The notes: generated from the letters alone by a model not told the origin. A DNA stretch of 64,000 nucleotides from an uncultured Chloroflexia bacterium (GCA_963700555.1 CAVOXZ010000011.1:386907-450906); one strand, 5' to 3'; positions 55,287 through 64,000 are shown, counted from the first letter of the stretch. Translations and numbers: made by a program.

Positions 55287-56021
55287 ATGCCCGAACCCGG
55301 TCAGCCCACCGACCGCAGTGCCGCCGAGCGCCAGGCGGATCACGCCGCCCTGGCCCGGCTGTCCGAGACGCTCGTGCCCGCGCTCGTCGCCAAGCTCAAC
55401 ACATCCGGCCTCGGCGAGCTGGAGGTCCGCGAGGGCTCGTGGCGGATCCGGCTGCGTCGCCCGGTGGGTCCCGCACCCGCCCGGCGTGAGCGCCCGCGCG
55501 CGGGCGGCCTGATGGGCGGCGCTCCTGCCGTCGCCGGCCCCCTCGTGGCCGGAGAGCCGCCGGAGCCGCGCGATCCCCACCGGGTCTCGGCAACGGCGCC
55601 CGCCGTCGGCGTGTTCCGCACCGTCGGCAAGATCGGCGCTCGTGTCCGGCAGGGCGATCGGATCGCCGTCGTCGACCTGCTGGGCATCGCCCAGCCAGTG
55701 GTGGCACCGGGCGACGGCATCCTCGTGGAGTTCCTCGTCGAGAGCGGCGAGCCCGTCGAGTACGGCGAGGAGGTGGCGGTCGTGGCCGAACCGGTCGTCG
55801 ACCTGAGCGGCGGCCGGCCCGGGGCCGGGCGACCACCGCGGACGGGGAGGGCTGACCATGGTCTCCCGTGTCCTGATCGCCAACCGCGGCGAGATCGCGC
55901 TCCGGATCCTGCGGGCCTGCCGGACCCTCGGCCTCGAGGCGGTCGTCGCCTACTCGGAGGCGGATCGCACGTCGCTGCCCGCGATGATCGCCGACGAGGC
56001 GATCTGCATCGGGCCGGCTGA
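55287..56021 (+). CDS. BCCP-like protein lacking the biotinyl-lysine motif
   Basis: Collinear with AccB, but EAMKM is replaced by DLLGI. The ORF overlaps accC by 164 nt, so the 3' end is uncertain. Confidence 0.65.
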   Translation: MPEPGQPTDRSAAERQADHAALARLSETLVPALVAKLNTSGLGELEVREGSWRIRLRRPVGPAPARRERPRAGGLMGGAPAVAGPLVAGEPPEPRDPHRVSATAPAVGVFRTVGKIGARVRQGDRIAVVDLLGIAQPVVAPGDGILVEFLVESGEPVEYGEEVAVVAEPVVDLSGGRPGAGRPPRTGRADHGLPCPDRQPRRDRAPDPAGLPDPRPRGGRRLLGGGSHVAARDDRRRGDLHRAG

Positions 56022-57228
56022 CGCCCGTCGCTCATACCTCTCGGCCCCCGCGATCATCTCGGCGGCCCTGGTGACCGGCTGCGACGCCATCCACCCGGGC
56101 TACGGCTTCCTGTCGGAGGACGACGCCTTTGCCGACGCCGTGCGCGCCCATGGGCTCACCTTCATCGGACCCAGCGCCACGGTGCTGGAGCGGTTCGCCT
56201 CCAAGGAGGAGACGCGCCGGCTGCTGGCACAGCACGGCCTGCCGACGATCCCGGGCTCGGGGCTCCTGATCGACGAGCAGCAGGCGCTCGACGATGCCGA
56301 GCGGATCGGATACCCGGTGCTCCTCAAGCCGTCCGCCGGCGGCGGCGGCAAGGGGATGCGCATGGTCCGGTCGCCCCGCGAGCTGGCGGCGGTCCTCCCG
56401 ATCTGCCGCTCCGAGGCGAAGGCGGCCTTTGCCGATGACTCGCTGTACCTCGAGAAGTGGCTGGAGGACAACCGGCACGTCGAGATCCAGGTGGCCGTGG
56501 ACCGCTTCGGACGCGGCGTCCATCTCTGGGAGCGTGACTGCTCCGTCCAGCGCCGGCACCAGAAGATCCTCGAGGAGTCGCCCTCGCCGGCGATGACCGC
56601 GGCGGGTCGCGCCGAGCTTGCCGAGCGGGCGATCCGCGCCGTGGTCGCGGCCGGCTACGAGAACGTCGGCACGCTCGAGTTCCTGGTCGACGCCGAGGGC
56701 AGCGCCTACTTCATCGAGATCAACTGCCGGATCCAGGTGGAGCACCCGGTGACCGAGATGCTGACCGGCATCGACCTCGTGGCGCTCCAGATCCGGATCG
56801 CCTCCGGCGAACCCCTGGGCCTCACCCAGGCCGAGATCCCGCAGCGGGGCCACGCGATCGAGTTCCGGATCAACGCCGAGGACGCGGAGCACGACTTCCG
56901 GCCCGGCGCCGGCACGATCGAGCGGTTCAACTCGCCCGGCGGCCCGGGGGTGCGGTTCGACAGCCACGCCTATGCCGGCTACGAGGTTCCGCCCTACTAC
57001 GACTCGCTGCTGGGCAAGCTCGTCGTCTGGGGACCTACCCGCGAGTCGGCGATCGCCCGCGGCCGCGCCGCCCTCGCCGAGCTCGTGATCGACGGCGTCG
57101 TGACGAACGCCCCGATCCATCGCGCCATCCTGTCCTCCGAGCCGTTCCTGGAGGGCCGGTTCACGACGAACCTGCTCGACCGGATCGGCAGCGCCGCCTT
57201 CCTGGCGGCCGAGGAGCGCGTGTCGTGA
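55858..57228 (+). CDS. accC: Acetyl-CoA carboxylase biotin carboxylase subunit
   Basis: Begins VLIANRGEIALRI. ATP-grasp fold, with EINCRIQVEHPVTE. GGGAGGG Shine-Dalgarno sequence upstream. Confidence 0.95.
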   Translation: MVSRVLIANRGEIALRILRACRTLGLEAVVAYSEADRTSLPAMIADEAICIGPADARRSYLSAPAIISAALVTGCDAIHPGYGFLSEDDAFADAVRAHGLTFIGPSATVLERFASKEETRRLLAQHGLPTIPGSGLLIDEQQALDDAERIGYPVLLKPSAGGGGKGMRMVRSPRELAAVLPICRSEAKAAFADDSLYLEKWLEDNRHVEIQVAVDRFGRGVHLWERDCSVQRRHQKILEESPSPAMTAAGRAELAERAIRAVVAAGYENVGTLEFLVDAEGSAYFIEINCRIQVEHPVTEMLTGIDLVALQIRIASGEPLGLTQAEIPQRGHAIEFRINAEDAEHDFRPGAGTIERFNSPGGPGVRFDSHAYAGYEVPPYYDSLLGKLVVWGPTRESAIARGRAALAELVIDGVVTNAPIHRAILSSEPFLEGRFTTNLLDRIGSAAFLAAEERVS

Positions 57229-57310
57229 GGTGCAAGCCTGCACGCAACGGCGAGGCTGCGACGCTCGCCAGCCAGCACACTGCCAGCCGACCCAGTTCTT
57301 GGAGCCAGCC

Positions 57311-57811
57311 GTGACCGATCCCTCCGCCGCCGACGCCTCGCCGGACGCGACGACCGCCCTCGCCGCCCCGTTCTCCGTCAAGGACATCCAGGGCCTGATC
57401 CCGCACCGCTGGCCGTTCCTGCTGGTGGACCGCATCGTGGAGTACGAGCCGGCCGAGAAGCGGATCGTGGGCATCAAGGCCGTGACGGCCACGGAGTGGT
57501 TCTTCCAGGGCCACTTCCCGGGCCTGCCGGTCATGCCGGGCGTCATCCAGATCGAGGCGCTGGCGCAGACGATGGCCGTCTACGTGTCCAGCCAGCCGGG
57601 CTTCGGGGACCGGATCGGGCTGTTCGCCGGGATCGACGAGGTCCGCTTCAAGCGCGTCGTGGTCCCCGGCGACACGCTCCGGCTCGAGATCACGATGGAG
57701 AAGCTGGGCAGCCGGTTCGGCAAGGGCCGGGGCGTGGCGTCGGTGGACGGCGAGGTGGCCTGCGAGGGCCTCCTGTCGTTCGTCATCCCGCCGGCCGGGG
57801 TCCTGCGGTGA
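57311..57811 (+). CDS. fabZ: 3-hydroxyacyl-ACP dehydratase
   Basis: LPHRWPFLLVD and FFQGHFPGLPVMPGV hotdog motifs. GTG at 57311 with a GGAG 6 nt upstream. Confidence 0.9.
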   Translation: MTDPSAADASPDATTALAAPFSVKDIQGLIPHRWPFLLVDRIVEYEPAEKRIVGIKAVTATEWFFQGHFPGLPVMPGVIQIEALAQTMAVYVSSQPGFGDRIGLFAGIDEVRFKRVVVPGDTLRLEITMEKLGSRFGKGRGVASVDGEVACEGLLSFVIPPAGVLR

Positions 57812-58554
57812 CCCGGATCGCCGTCCTGTCCGACGTCCATGGCAACTCGGTTGCGCTCGAGGCCGTGCTCAAGGAGCTCAAGCGCGAGAAGCCGGACTTC
57901 GTGCTCGTCGCCGGCGACCTCGTCCTCAACGGGCCGGACCCGAATGGCGCGATCGACGCGCTGCGTGGTCTCGAGGGCGACGGCGGGATCATCGTGTCCG
58001 GCAACACCGACATCGCGGTCGGGGACTTCGACTACGGAGCGGCGTTCCCGCAGTACCAGGACGGCGTCCCCGACACCGTCACGGCGGCCGCCGAGTGGGC
58101 CCACGACGAGCTGGGTGACGAGCAGCTGGACTGGCTTCGGCGGCTCCCGGCCGAGCGCCGCATCCGGGCCGGGGACGACCAGCTGGTGCTGGTCGTCCAT
58201 GCGTCGCCCGGCTCGCAGACCAGCGGCTTCGACCAGGCGCTGGACGCCAACATCGTCTTCGAGCGAGCCGCGGCGACCGATGCCCGGGTGATCTGCGTCG
58301 GCCACACCCACCTGCCCGAGGTCCGCGATCTCGGCTGGAAGGTGATCGTCAACGATGGATCGGCCGGCTTCGTGTTCGATGGCGACCCGACCGCGTCGTG
58401 GGCGATGGTCACCATCGACGGCGCCGACGTTTCGGCCGAGATCCGGCGCACCGAGTTCGACGTGCTCTCGGTCGCCAACGCGATCAGCGCCCGGGGCCTG
58501 CCGGGTGACGTCTACCGCGCTGCCACGGTGCGGACGGGGAAGCTGGTCCGATGA
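57808..58554 (+). CDS. Metallophosphoesterase (YfcE/MJ0936-like)
   Basis: Motifs IAVLSDVHGN, VAGDLV, GNTD, GHTH. Overlaps fabZ (GTGA) and fabF (ATGA). Confidence 0.78.
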   Translation: MTRIAVLSDVHGNSVALEAVLKELKREKPDFVLVAGDLVLNGPDPNGAIDALRGLEGDGGIIVSGNTDIAVGDFDYGAAFPQYQDGVPDTVTAAAEWAHDELGDEQLDWLRRLPAERRIRAGDDQLVLVVHASPGSQTSGFDQALDANIVFERAAATDARVICVGHTHLPEVRDLGWKVIVNDGSAGFVFDGDPTASWAMVTIDGADVSAEIRRTEFDVLSVANAISARGLPGDVYRAATVRTGKLVR

Positions 58555-59822
58555 GCTGGCAGTGGCCGGCGCGGCCACCGCGCATCGTGATCACCGGGAT
58601 GGGGGCGGTCACAGCGCTGGGACAGGACGTGCGGTCCACCTGGGAGGGGCTGGTCGCCGGCCGATCGGGTGTCGCCCGGATCACCCAGTTCGACCCGGAC
58701 CGGGTGAGCTCGCGGATCGCCGCCGAGGTCAAGGACTTCGACCCGTCTGCCGTGCTGGACCGCAAGGACATGCGCCGGACCGACCGCTACATCCAGTTCG
58801 CGCTGGTCGCCGTGCGCCAGGCGATGGACCAGGCGGGGCTGCCCGGCCGGCTTGACGACGCGCTGGCCGCCCGGACCGGCGTCATCCTCGGATCGGGCCT
58901 GGGCGGCGTCAACACCCTGTTCGACAACGTGCTGCTGATGGCCGAGCGCGGTCCGGACCGGATCTCGCCCTTCTTCATCCCGATGGGCATCGCCAATGTC
59001 GGGGCCGGTCAGATCGCGATCGCGACGGGCGCCATCGGTCCCAACTTCGCGACCGTGTCCGCCTGCGCGAGTGGCGGCCACGCGCTGGGCGAGGCCTGGG
59101 AGACCATCCGCCGCGGCGACGCGGACATGATGTTCGCGGGCGGTGTCGAGGCCGGCGTCCACGAGGCCACCGTCGGCGGGTTCGCCTCGATGAAGGCGCT
59201 GTCCACCCGCAACGACGACCCGGAGGCTGCCTCTCGACCCTTCGACAAGGGCCGGGACGGCTTCGTCATCGGCGAGGGCGGTGGCGTGCTGGTGCTCGAG
59301 ACCCTTGAGCACGCCGAGGCCCGCGGGGCCATCCCCCTCGTGGAGCTGGTCGGTTACGGGGCAACGGCCGATGCCTCCCATATCACCCTGCCGGCGCCCG
59401 GCGGGATGGGCGCGGTCCGGGCCGCCCGGCGCGCCCTCGAGAAGGCCGGCATGGAGCCGGCCGAGATCGTCCACGTCAACGCCCATGCCACCTCCACCCC
59501 CGAGGGCGACAAGGCGGAGCTGCAGGCGATCCGCACCATCTTCGGCGACCACGCACCGGCGGTGTCGGTGGCGGCCCACAAGTCCATGATCGGACACACG
59601 CTGGGCGCGGCCGGAGCCATCGAGGCGATCGCCACCATCTGCGCGATCCGCGAGGGGTGCGTCCCGCCCACGATCAACCTCGTGGACCCCGACGACCTAG
59701 CCGAGGGCCTTGACCTGACGCCCAACACCGCCGTGCACCGGCCGATCCCCGCCGCCATGTCGAACTCGTTCGGCTTCGGTGGGCAGAACACGGCGCTTGT
59801 CTTCCGGAGGTGGGACGGATGA
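58551..59822 (+). CDS. fabF: Beta-ketoacyl-ACP synthase II
   Basis: Active-site SACASG, NAHATST and HKSMIGHTLGAAG motifs. Confidence 0.93.
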   Translation: MSWQWPARPPRIVITGMGAVTALGQDVRSTWEGLVAGRSGVARITQFDPDRVSSRIAAEVKDFDPSAVLDRKDMRRTDRYIQFALVAVRQAMDQAGLPGRLDDALAARTGVILGSGLGGVNTLFDNVLLMAERGPDRISPFFIPMGIANVGAGQIAIATGAIGPNFATVSACASGGHALGEAWETIRRGDADMMFAGGVEAGVHEATVGGFASMKALSTRNDDPEAASRPFDKGRDGFVIGEGGGVLVLETLEHAEARGAIPLVELVGYGATADASHITLPAPGGMGAVRAARRALEKAGMEPAEIVHVNAHATSTPEGDKAELQAIRTIFGDHAPAVSVAAHKSMIGHTLGAAGAIEAIATICAIREGCVPPTINLVDPDDLAEGLDLTPNTAVHRPIPAAMSNSFGFGGQNTALVFRRWDG

Positions 59823-60529
59823 CCGGCAACGAGCCGACGCCTGAGCCCGTGGAGGACCCGATGACCGAGCCCGGCCTGGTTGAGCCCATCGCGGTGGGTC
59901 CCGGCGAGCCCGATGCGGCCACCGGAAACGGCGCGGACGGCGACGCCTCCCCCGCGCACGCGGCAGCCGACCCCGGTCCCGATGCCGCTGTGGCCGCCGC
60001 CGAGCTCGCTCCCGGGCCGTCCGACCCTGCGGCGGACCCGGCCGACGCCTCGCTCCTCGCGCTGGTGGACAGGCTGACCGCGCTCCTGGAGCGGAGCGAC
60101 CTCGGCGAGCTCGAGGTTGCCGCCGGCGACACGACGGTCATCCTGCGGTCGCCGGCCGCGATCGACCGTCCGGCCGCGGCGGCCCAGGCCCCCGGAGCCG
60201 AGCACGGCACCGGTGCCGATGGGGGTCCAGCGACCTCGCCCGTCGTTCCCGATGCCGTCCAGGCGCCCGCCGCGCCCGCCGCGCCCGTCAGGCCGTCGGT
60301 GAAGGCACCCCTCACGGGCATCTTCTACGGGGCGCCGTCTCCCGGGGCCACCGCGTACGTGGCGGTCGGGGACCACGTCGCCGTCGGCCAGATCATCGGC
60401 CTGATCGAGGCCATGAAGCTGTTCAACGAGATCAAGAGCGACCTCGCCGGCCGCGTCGTGCGCGTCTGCGCCGACAATGGGGCGCTGGTCAAGGCCAAGC
60501 AGCCACTGATCGAGGTCGAGCCCGCATGA
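59819..60529 (+). CDS. accB: Acetyl-CoA carboxylase biotin carboxyl carrier protein (canonical)
   Basis: C-terminal biotinyl domain with IEAMKLFNEI. Long Pro/Ala linker. ATGA overlaps on both sides. Confidence 0.85.
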   Translation: MTGNEPTPEPVEDPMTEPGLVEPIAVGPGEPDAATGNGADGDASPAHAAADPGPDAAVAAAELAPGPSDPAADPADASLLALVDRLTALLERSDLGELEVAAGDTTVILRSPAAIDRPAAAAQAPGAEHGTGADGGPATSPVVPDAVQAPAAPAAPVRPSVKAPLTGIFYGAPSPGATAYVAVGDHVAVGQIIGLIEAMKLFNEIKSDLAGRVVRVCADNGALVKAKQPLIEVEPA

Positions 60530-61722
60530 CGTCCCCTGTGGTGCGCTCCGTGCGCCTCACGGGCTGGGGTCGCTACGCCCCTGCCCAGGTGCTCACCAAC
60601 GCCGACCTCGAGCGCATGGTCGACACCTCCGACGAGTGGATCGTGTCCCGCACCGGCATCCGGGAGCGCCGCGTCGCCGCGGCCGACGAGACGACCGCGT
60701 CGATGGCGGCCGTTGCCGGCCTGAGGGCGATCCACACCGCGGGCCTTGTGCCCGAGGACATCGACCTGATCATCCTGGCCACGCTCACGCCCGACTACTG
60801 GATGCCCTCGACCGCCGCGCTGGTCAAGGAGGCGATTGGCAACTCCAGGGCAGCCGCCTTTGACGTTGCGGCCGCGTGCTCCGGCTTCGTCTATGCCTAC
60901 GCCACGGCGTCCGCGTACATCGCGTCGGGAATGGCCCGCAACGCGCTCGTCATCGGCGCCGAGCTGCTCACCCGGTTCCTGGACTACTCGGACCGGGGCA
61001 CCTGCATCCTGTTCGGCGACGGCGCGGGCGCCGTGGTGCTCAGCGGCAGCGACGAGCCGACGGCGCCGGTGGGGATCGAGATGACGACCGAGCCCCAGGG
61101 CGCGTACATGATCTGGCTGCCCGCCGGTGGGTCCAAGAGCCCGCCCTCGGCAGAGACCATCTCGCGAGGGGAGCACAAGATCCGCATGGAGGGCCGCGAG
61201 ACCTACCGGTTCGCGACCAGGACCCTCGCGTCCACCGCCCTCGCGGCCGTCGGCAAGGCCGGCCTCACCCAGGACGACATCGACCTGATCGTCCCGCACC
61301 AGGCGAACATCCGGATCATCGAGGCGGTCGCCAAGGGCCTGGATCTGCCGATGGAGCGGATCTACGTCAACCTGGACCGCTATGGCAACACGTCGGCGGC
61401 GTCGGTCCCGATCGCGCTCGCCGAGGCGGTGAACGAGGGTCGCGTCCAGGTCGGCGACAAGATCGTGTTCGTGGCCTTCGGTGCCGGCTTCACGTCCGGC
61501 GCCGTGGCGATGGAGTGGACCGCCGATCCGGCCCGCGGCCGCGATGCGGACGATGCGGTCCCTGCGGCCGACGTCCGGATCCGCCTGCCGCAGGACTGGG
61601 ACTCCGTGGATCCCATCCCGCCTGCGCTGGCCGAGATCCTCGCAAGGCCGTTGCCCGGCCACATGGACCTCTCGGACGTCGCGCCCGGCGAGCCCGAGCA
61701 CGCCCACCAGCCCACGCACTGA
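60526..61722 (+). CDS. fabH: Beta-ketoacyl-ACP synthase III, with a C-terminal extension of about 64 aa
   Basis: Motifs AAACSGF, HQANIRI, GNTSAASVP. Extra sequence follows AMEW. Confidence 0.88.
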   Translation: MTSPVVRSVRLTGWGRYAPAQVLTNADLERMVDTSDEWIVSRTGIRERRVAAADETTASMAAVAGLRAIHTAGLVPEDIDLIILATLTPDYWMPSTAALVKEAIGNSRAAAFDVAAACSGFVYAYATASAYIASGMARNALVIGAELLTRFLDYSDRGTCILFGDGAGAVVLSGSDEPTAPVGIEMTTEPQGAYMIWLPAGGSKSPPSAETISRGEHKIRMEGRETYRFATRTLASTALAAVGKAGLTQDDIDLIVPHQANIRIIEAVAKGLDLPMERIYVNLDRYGNTSAASVPIALAEAVNEGRVQVGDKIVFVAFGAGFTSGAVAMEWTADPARGRDADDAVPAADVRIRLPQDWDSVDPIPPALAEILARPLPGHMDLSDVAPGEPEHAHQPTH

Positions 61723-61766
61723 CCGCCCGGGCCCCGGCCCGGTTGAGCTCCGGAGGAAGGAACCAG

Positions 61767-62516
61767 ATGCTCGATCTCAGCAACAAGGTCGCTCTCGTCA
61801 CCGGCGGGTCGCGCGGCATCGGCCGCGCGGTCTCGCTGATGCTCGCCCGGCAGGGCGCCAACGTGGCCTTCATCGATCGCGAGGCGTGCCTCATCGACGA
61901 CCACACCAAGGGCGATGTGGAGGCGATGGGCCGCCGGTCCGTGTGCGTGGGCGGCGATGTCACCAGCCCGGCGTCGTGCGCCGAGACGGTCGAGGCCACG
62001 CTCAAGGAGTTCGGGCGCATCGACATCCTGGTCAACAACGCCGGGATCACGCGTGACGACCTTGCCATGCGGATGAGCGACCAGGCGTGGGCAGACGTCA
62101 TCAACGTCAATCTCACGGGCTCCTTCTACATGGCCCGGGCCGTCCTCCGCCCGATGCTCAAGCAGCGCTCCGGACGCATCGTCAACATGTCCAGCGTGTC
62201 CGGGCAGATGGGCAACGCGGGCCAGGCGAACTACTCGGCCTCGAAGGCCGGGCTGATCGGCCTCACCAAGGCCCTCGCCCGAGAGGTCGCCTCGCGGGGC
62301 ATCACGGTCAATGCCATCGCCCCCGGGTTCGTGGTCACGGAGCTCACGGACACGCTCCCGGACGGCGTGAAGGATGCGATCAAGGGCGCCACCCCGCTGG
62401 GCCGCTTCGCGACCCCCGACGAGATCGCTGCCGCCGTCACCTTCCTCGTCTCGGACGAGGCCGCCTACATCACGGGCCAGGTGCTCGGGGTGGACGGTGG
62501 TCTCGCGATGATGTAA
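61767..62516 (+). CDS. fabG: 3-oxoacyl-ACP reductase
   Basis: SDR motifs TGGSRGIG, NNAG, YSASK. GGAGGAAGG Shine-Dalgarno sequence. Confidence 0.88.
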   Translation: MLDLSNKVALVTGGSRGIGRAVSLMLARQGANVAFIDREACLIDDHTKGDVEAMGRRSVCVGGDVTSPASCAETVEATLKEFGRIDILVNNAGITRDDLAMRMSDQAWADVINVNLTGSFYMARAVLRPMLKQRSGRIVNMSSVSGQMGNAGQANYSASKAGLIGLTKALAREVASRGITVNAIAPGFVVTELTDTLPDGVKDAIKGATPLGRFATPDEIAAAVTFLVSDEAAYITGQVLGVDGGLAMM

Positions 62517-62519
62517 GCG

Positions 62520-63092
62520 GTGCCGTTCAGCATCGAGGAGACCGCGATCCCGGAGGTCCGGATCGTCCGCCCCCAGCGGTTTCCGGACGACCGCGGGTGG
62601 CTGGCCGAGATCGTCGCGATCTCCGCGTTCGAGCAGCTGGGCCTGCCGACAGGGTTCGTCCAGGTCAACCAGTCCCGCTCCGCTCGCGCCGTGGTCCGCG
62701 GGCTGCACCTCCAGTGGGACCCGCCGCAGGGCAAGCTCATGCGCGTGGTCCGGGGACGGGCGTTCATGGTCGCGGTGGATGCCCGGCCCGGGTCGCCGAC
62801 GCTTGGCCGGTCGGTCACCCTCGAGGCCTCCGACGAGGACCTGGTGCTGTTCTGGGCGCCCGCCTCGTTCGCGCGCGGGTTCTGCGCCCTCGCGGACGTG
62901 ACCGAGGTCGAGTACTTCTGCACGAACCCGTACAACCCTGCGTGCGAGACCGGCCTGCGCTGGGACGACCCGGCCCTGGGGATCGACTGGCCGATCACGG
63001 ATCCCCGGCTGTCGGCCAAGGACGCCGCCGCGGGCACGCTCGCGGACTGGCTCGCCCGGCCGGAGTCGGAGGCGTTCCGCTACTCCCCCTGA
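62520..63092 (+). CDS. rfbC: dTDP-4-dehydrorhamnose 3,5-epimerase
   Basis: Cupin fold with DDRGWLAE, RGLHLQ and KLMRVVRGRAFMVAVD. Confidence 0.82.
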   Translation: MPFSIEETAIPEVRIVRPQRFPDDRGWLAEIVAISAFEQLGLPTGFVQVNQSRSARAVVRGLHLQWDPPQGKLMRVVRGRAFMVAVDARPGSPTLGRSVTLEASDEDLVLFWAPASFARGFCALADVTEVEYFCTNPYNPACETGLRWDDPALGIDWPITDPRLSAKDAAAGTLADWLARPESEAFRYSP

Positions 63093-63217
63093 GCCACCCG
63101 CAGCCTCGGTGCCGGACCTTCCGTCCGGGGCGGCTCGGTACCTTCAGTTGGTGCCCCCTGGCACCCGGCGGGTGCAGCATCACCGCCGTGGAGCCCCGCA
63201 GTGTCCTCCAGCGCCGC

Positions 63218-64000
63218 ATGCGCCCCCGGTCGCGCCCGTATCCGGCCCCGGGCCGCTTCCATGTGCTCGTGTTCGTCGGCGGCCTGGTCGTCCTCGCGCT
63301 CGGCCTGGTGGGCTGGATCGCGCATGGCGGGCCGCAGGCGCTCGAGGACATTGTGGTCGTCCTGGACCTGACGATCGGCGGCACCATCCTGTGCACGGGA
63401 TCGCTGGTCGGACGCGCCCGCTCCGCTGAAGCGCGGCGCAGCGCCCAGCTGTCGATGCTGCAGCAGGTCGCTCGCCGGATGACCGCGAGCCTGACCCCCG
63501 AGGACGTCGGCCGGGCCGTGGTCGAGGAGACGCGCCGCGTCATCGACTATCACAACGCCCGCGTCTACCTGCTCGAGCCGCCCGACGACCTGGTTCCCAT
63601 CGCGTTCGAGGGCCGCGTCGGCGCCTACGACCAGGTCGACCTCGAGATCCTGCGAACCAGGGTCGGGACCGGGTTCACGGGCTGGGTTGCCCAGCACGGC
63701 ACGCCGATCCGGACCGGCAACGCCACGGCTGACCCGCGCGGGGTCACGATCGCCGGCACGGCGATGGTCGACGAGTCGATGCTGGTCGTCCCGATGCAGA
63801 GCGACGACGTCCTCGTGGGCGTGGTGACCCTGTCCAAGCTGGGGCTCAACCAGTTCGACGACCAGGACCTTCGCCTGCTCACGACGCTCGCCGACCAGGC
63901 CGCGACCGCCTTCACGCGCGCACGCCACCTCGCCGACGCCGACCGGCTGACCGCCGAGCTCCGGCAGCTGCTCGAGATGAGCTCGGCGCTCTCCCGCTCG
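63218..64000 (+). CDS. Membrane-anchored GAF-domain sensor protein (3' partial)
   Basis: My own translation of a frame that stays open to the window end, so it is absent from the ORF track. ATG at 63218, two TM helices, then a GAF-like region (VIDYHNARVYLLEP...GFTGWVAQHGTPIRTGN...SMLVVPM...VGVVTLSK). Confidence 0.65.
   Translation, partial: MRPRSRPYPAPGRFHVLVFVGGLVVLALGLVGWIAHGGPQALEDIVVVLDLTIGGTILCTGSLVGRARSAEARRSAQLSMLQQVARRMTASLTPEDVGRAVVEETRRVIDYHNARVYLLEPPDDLVPIAFEGRVGAYDQVDLEILRTRVGTGFTGWVAQHGTPIRTGNATADPRGVTIAGTAMVDESMLVVPMQSDDVLVGVVTLSKLGLNQFDDQDLRLLTTLADQAATAFTRARHLADADRLTAELRQLLEMSSALSRS

Noticed and set aside
36017-55883. Further long shadow ORFs: 36017-37636(-), 37579-39252(-), 39976-41652(+), 42192-44765(+) 5' part, 44747-47044(-), 52733-55030(-), 53871-55883(-)
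   Set aside because: The reasoning is the same: compositionally biased and lying opposite strongly supported genes. For 42192-44765, only the 3' part from the GTG at 43644 (hom) is real.

Overview
This is a gene-dense chromosomal segment of about 70% GC. I count roughly 65 protein genes and found no rRNA, tRNA, transposase, integrase or CRISPR array. Most of it is core metabolism in tightly packed operons with many GTG starts and 4-nt ATGA/GTGA stop-start overlaps.

Main blocks, in order:
- A SAM-cycle and salvage neighbourhood (apt, an MtnA-like protein, a GNAT, ahcY, metK) beside a potABCD-type polyamine importer.
- GDP-mannose genes.
- A cobalamin riboswitch in front of a btuFCD-like importer.
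- hom-thrC-thrB.
- A same-strand block of about 13 kb: ask, birA, ECF sigma, anti-sigma, accD, accA, a BCCP-like gene, accC, fabZ, a phosphoesterase, fabF, accB, fabH, fabG, rfbC.

Content that looks accessory:
- Two VapBC toxin-antitoxin pairs at 29.8 kb and 35.3 kb.
- A secreted trio containing a metzincin-like protein.
- Several Pro/Thr/Ala-rich lipoproteins.

Most notable observations:
- A BCCP paralogue between accA and accC lacks the biotinylated lysine.
- An ECF sigma/anti-sigma pair is translationally coupled into the acc/fab block.
- A perfect 62-bp x 3.7 tandem repeat lies between trpS and hom, and a 35-bp x 4 array lies in a convergent spacer.
- Eight clear frame disruptions and one possible one are present. 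Seven fall in two neighbouring genes, a GcvT-like gene and an APH-M23-aminotransferase fusion.
- An MtnA-like protein lacks the catalytic Cys.

A multi-subunit ACC plus FabZ argues against a classical actinomycete, but I cannot assign the lineage. All product calls rest on recognising motifs and families by eye in the supplied translations. No searches were run.
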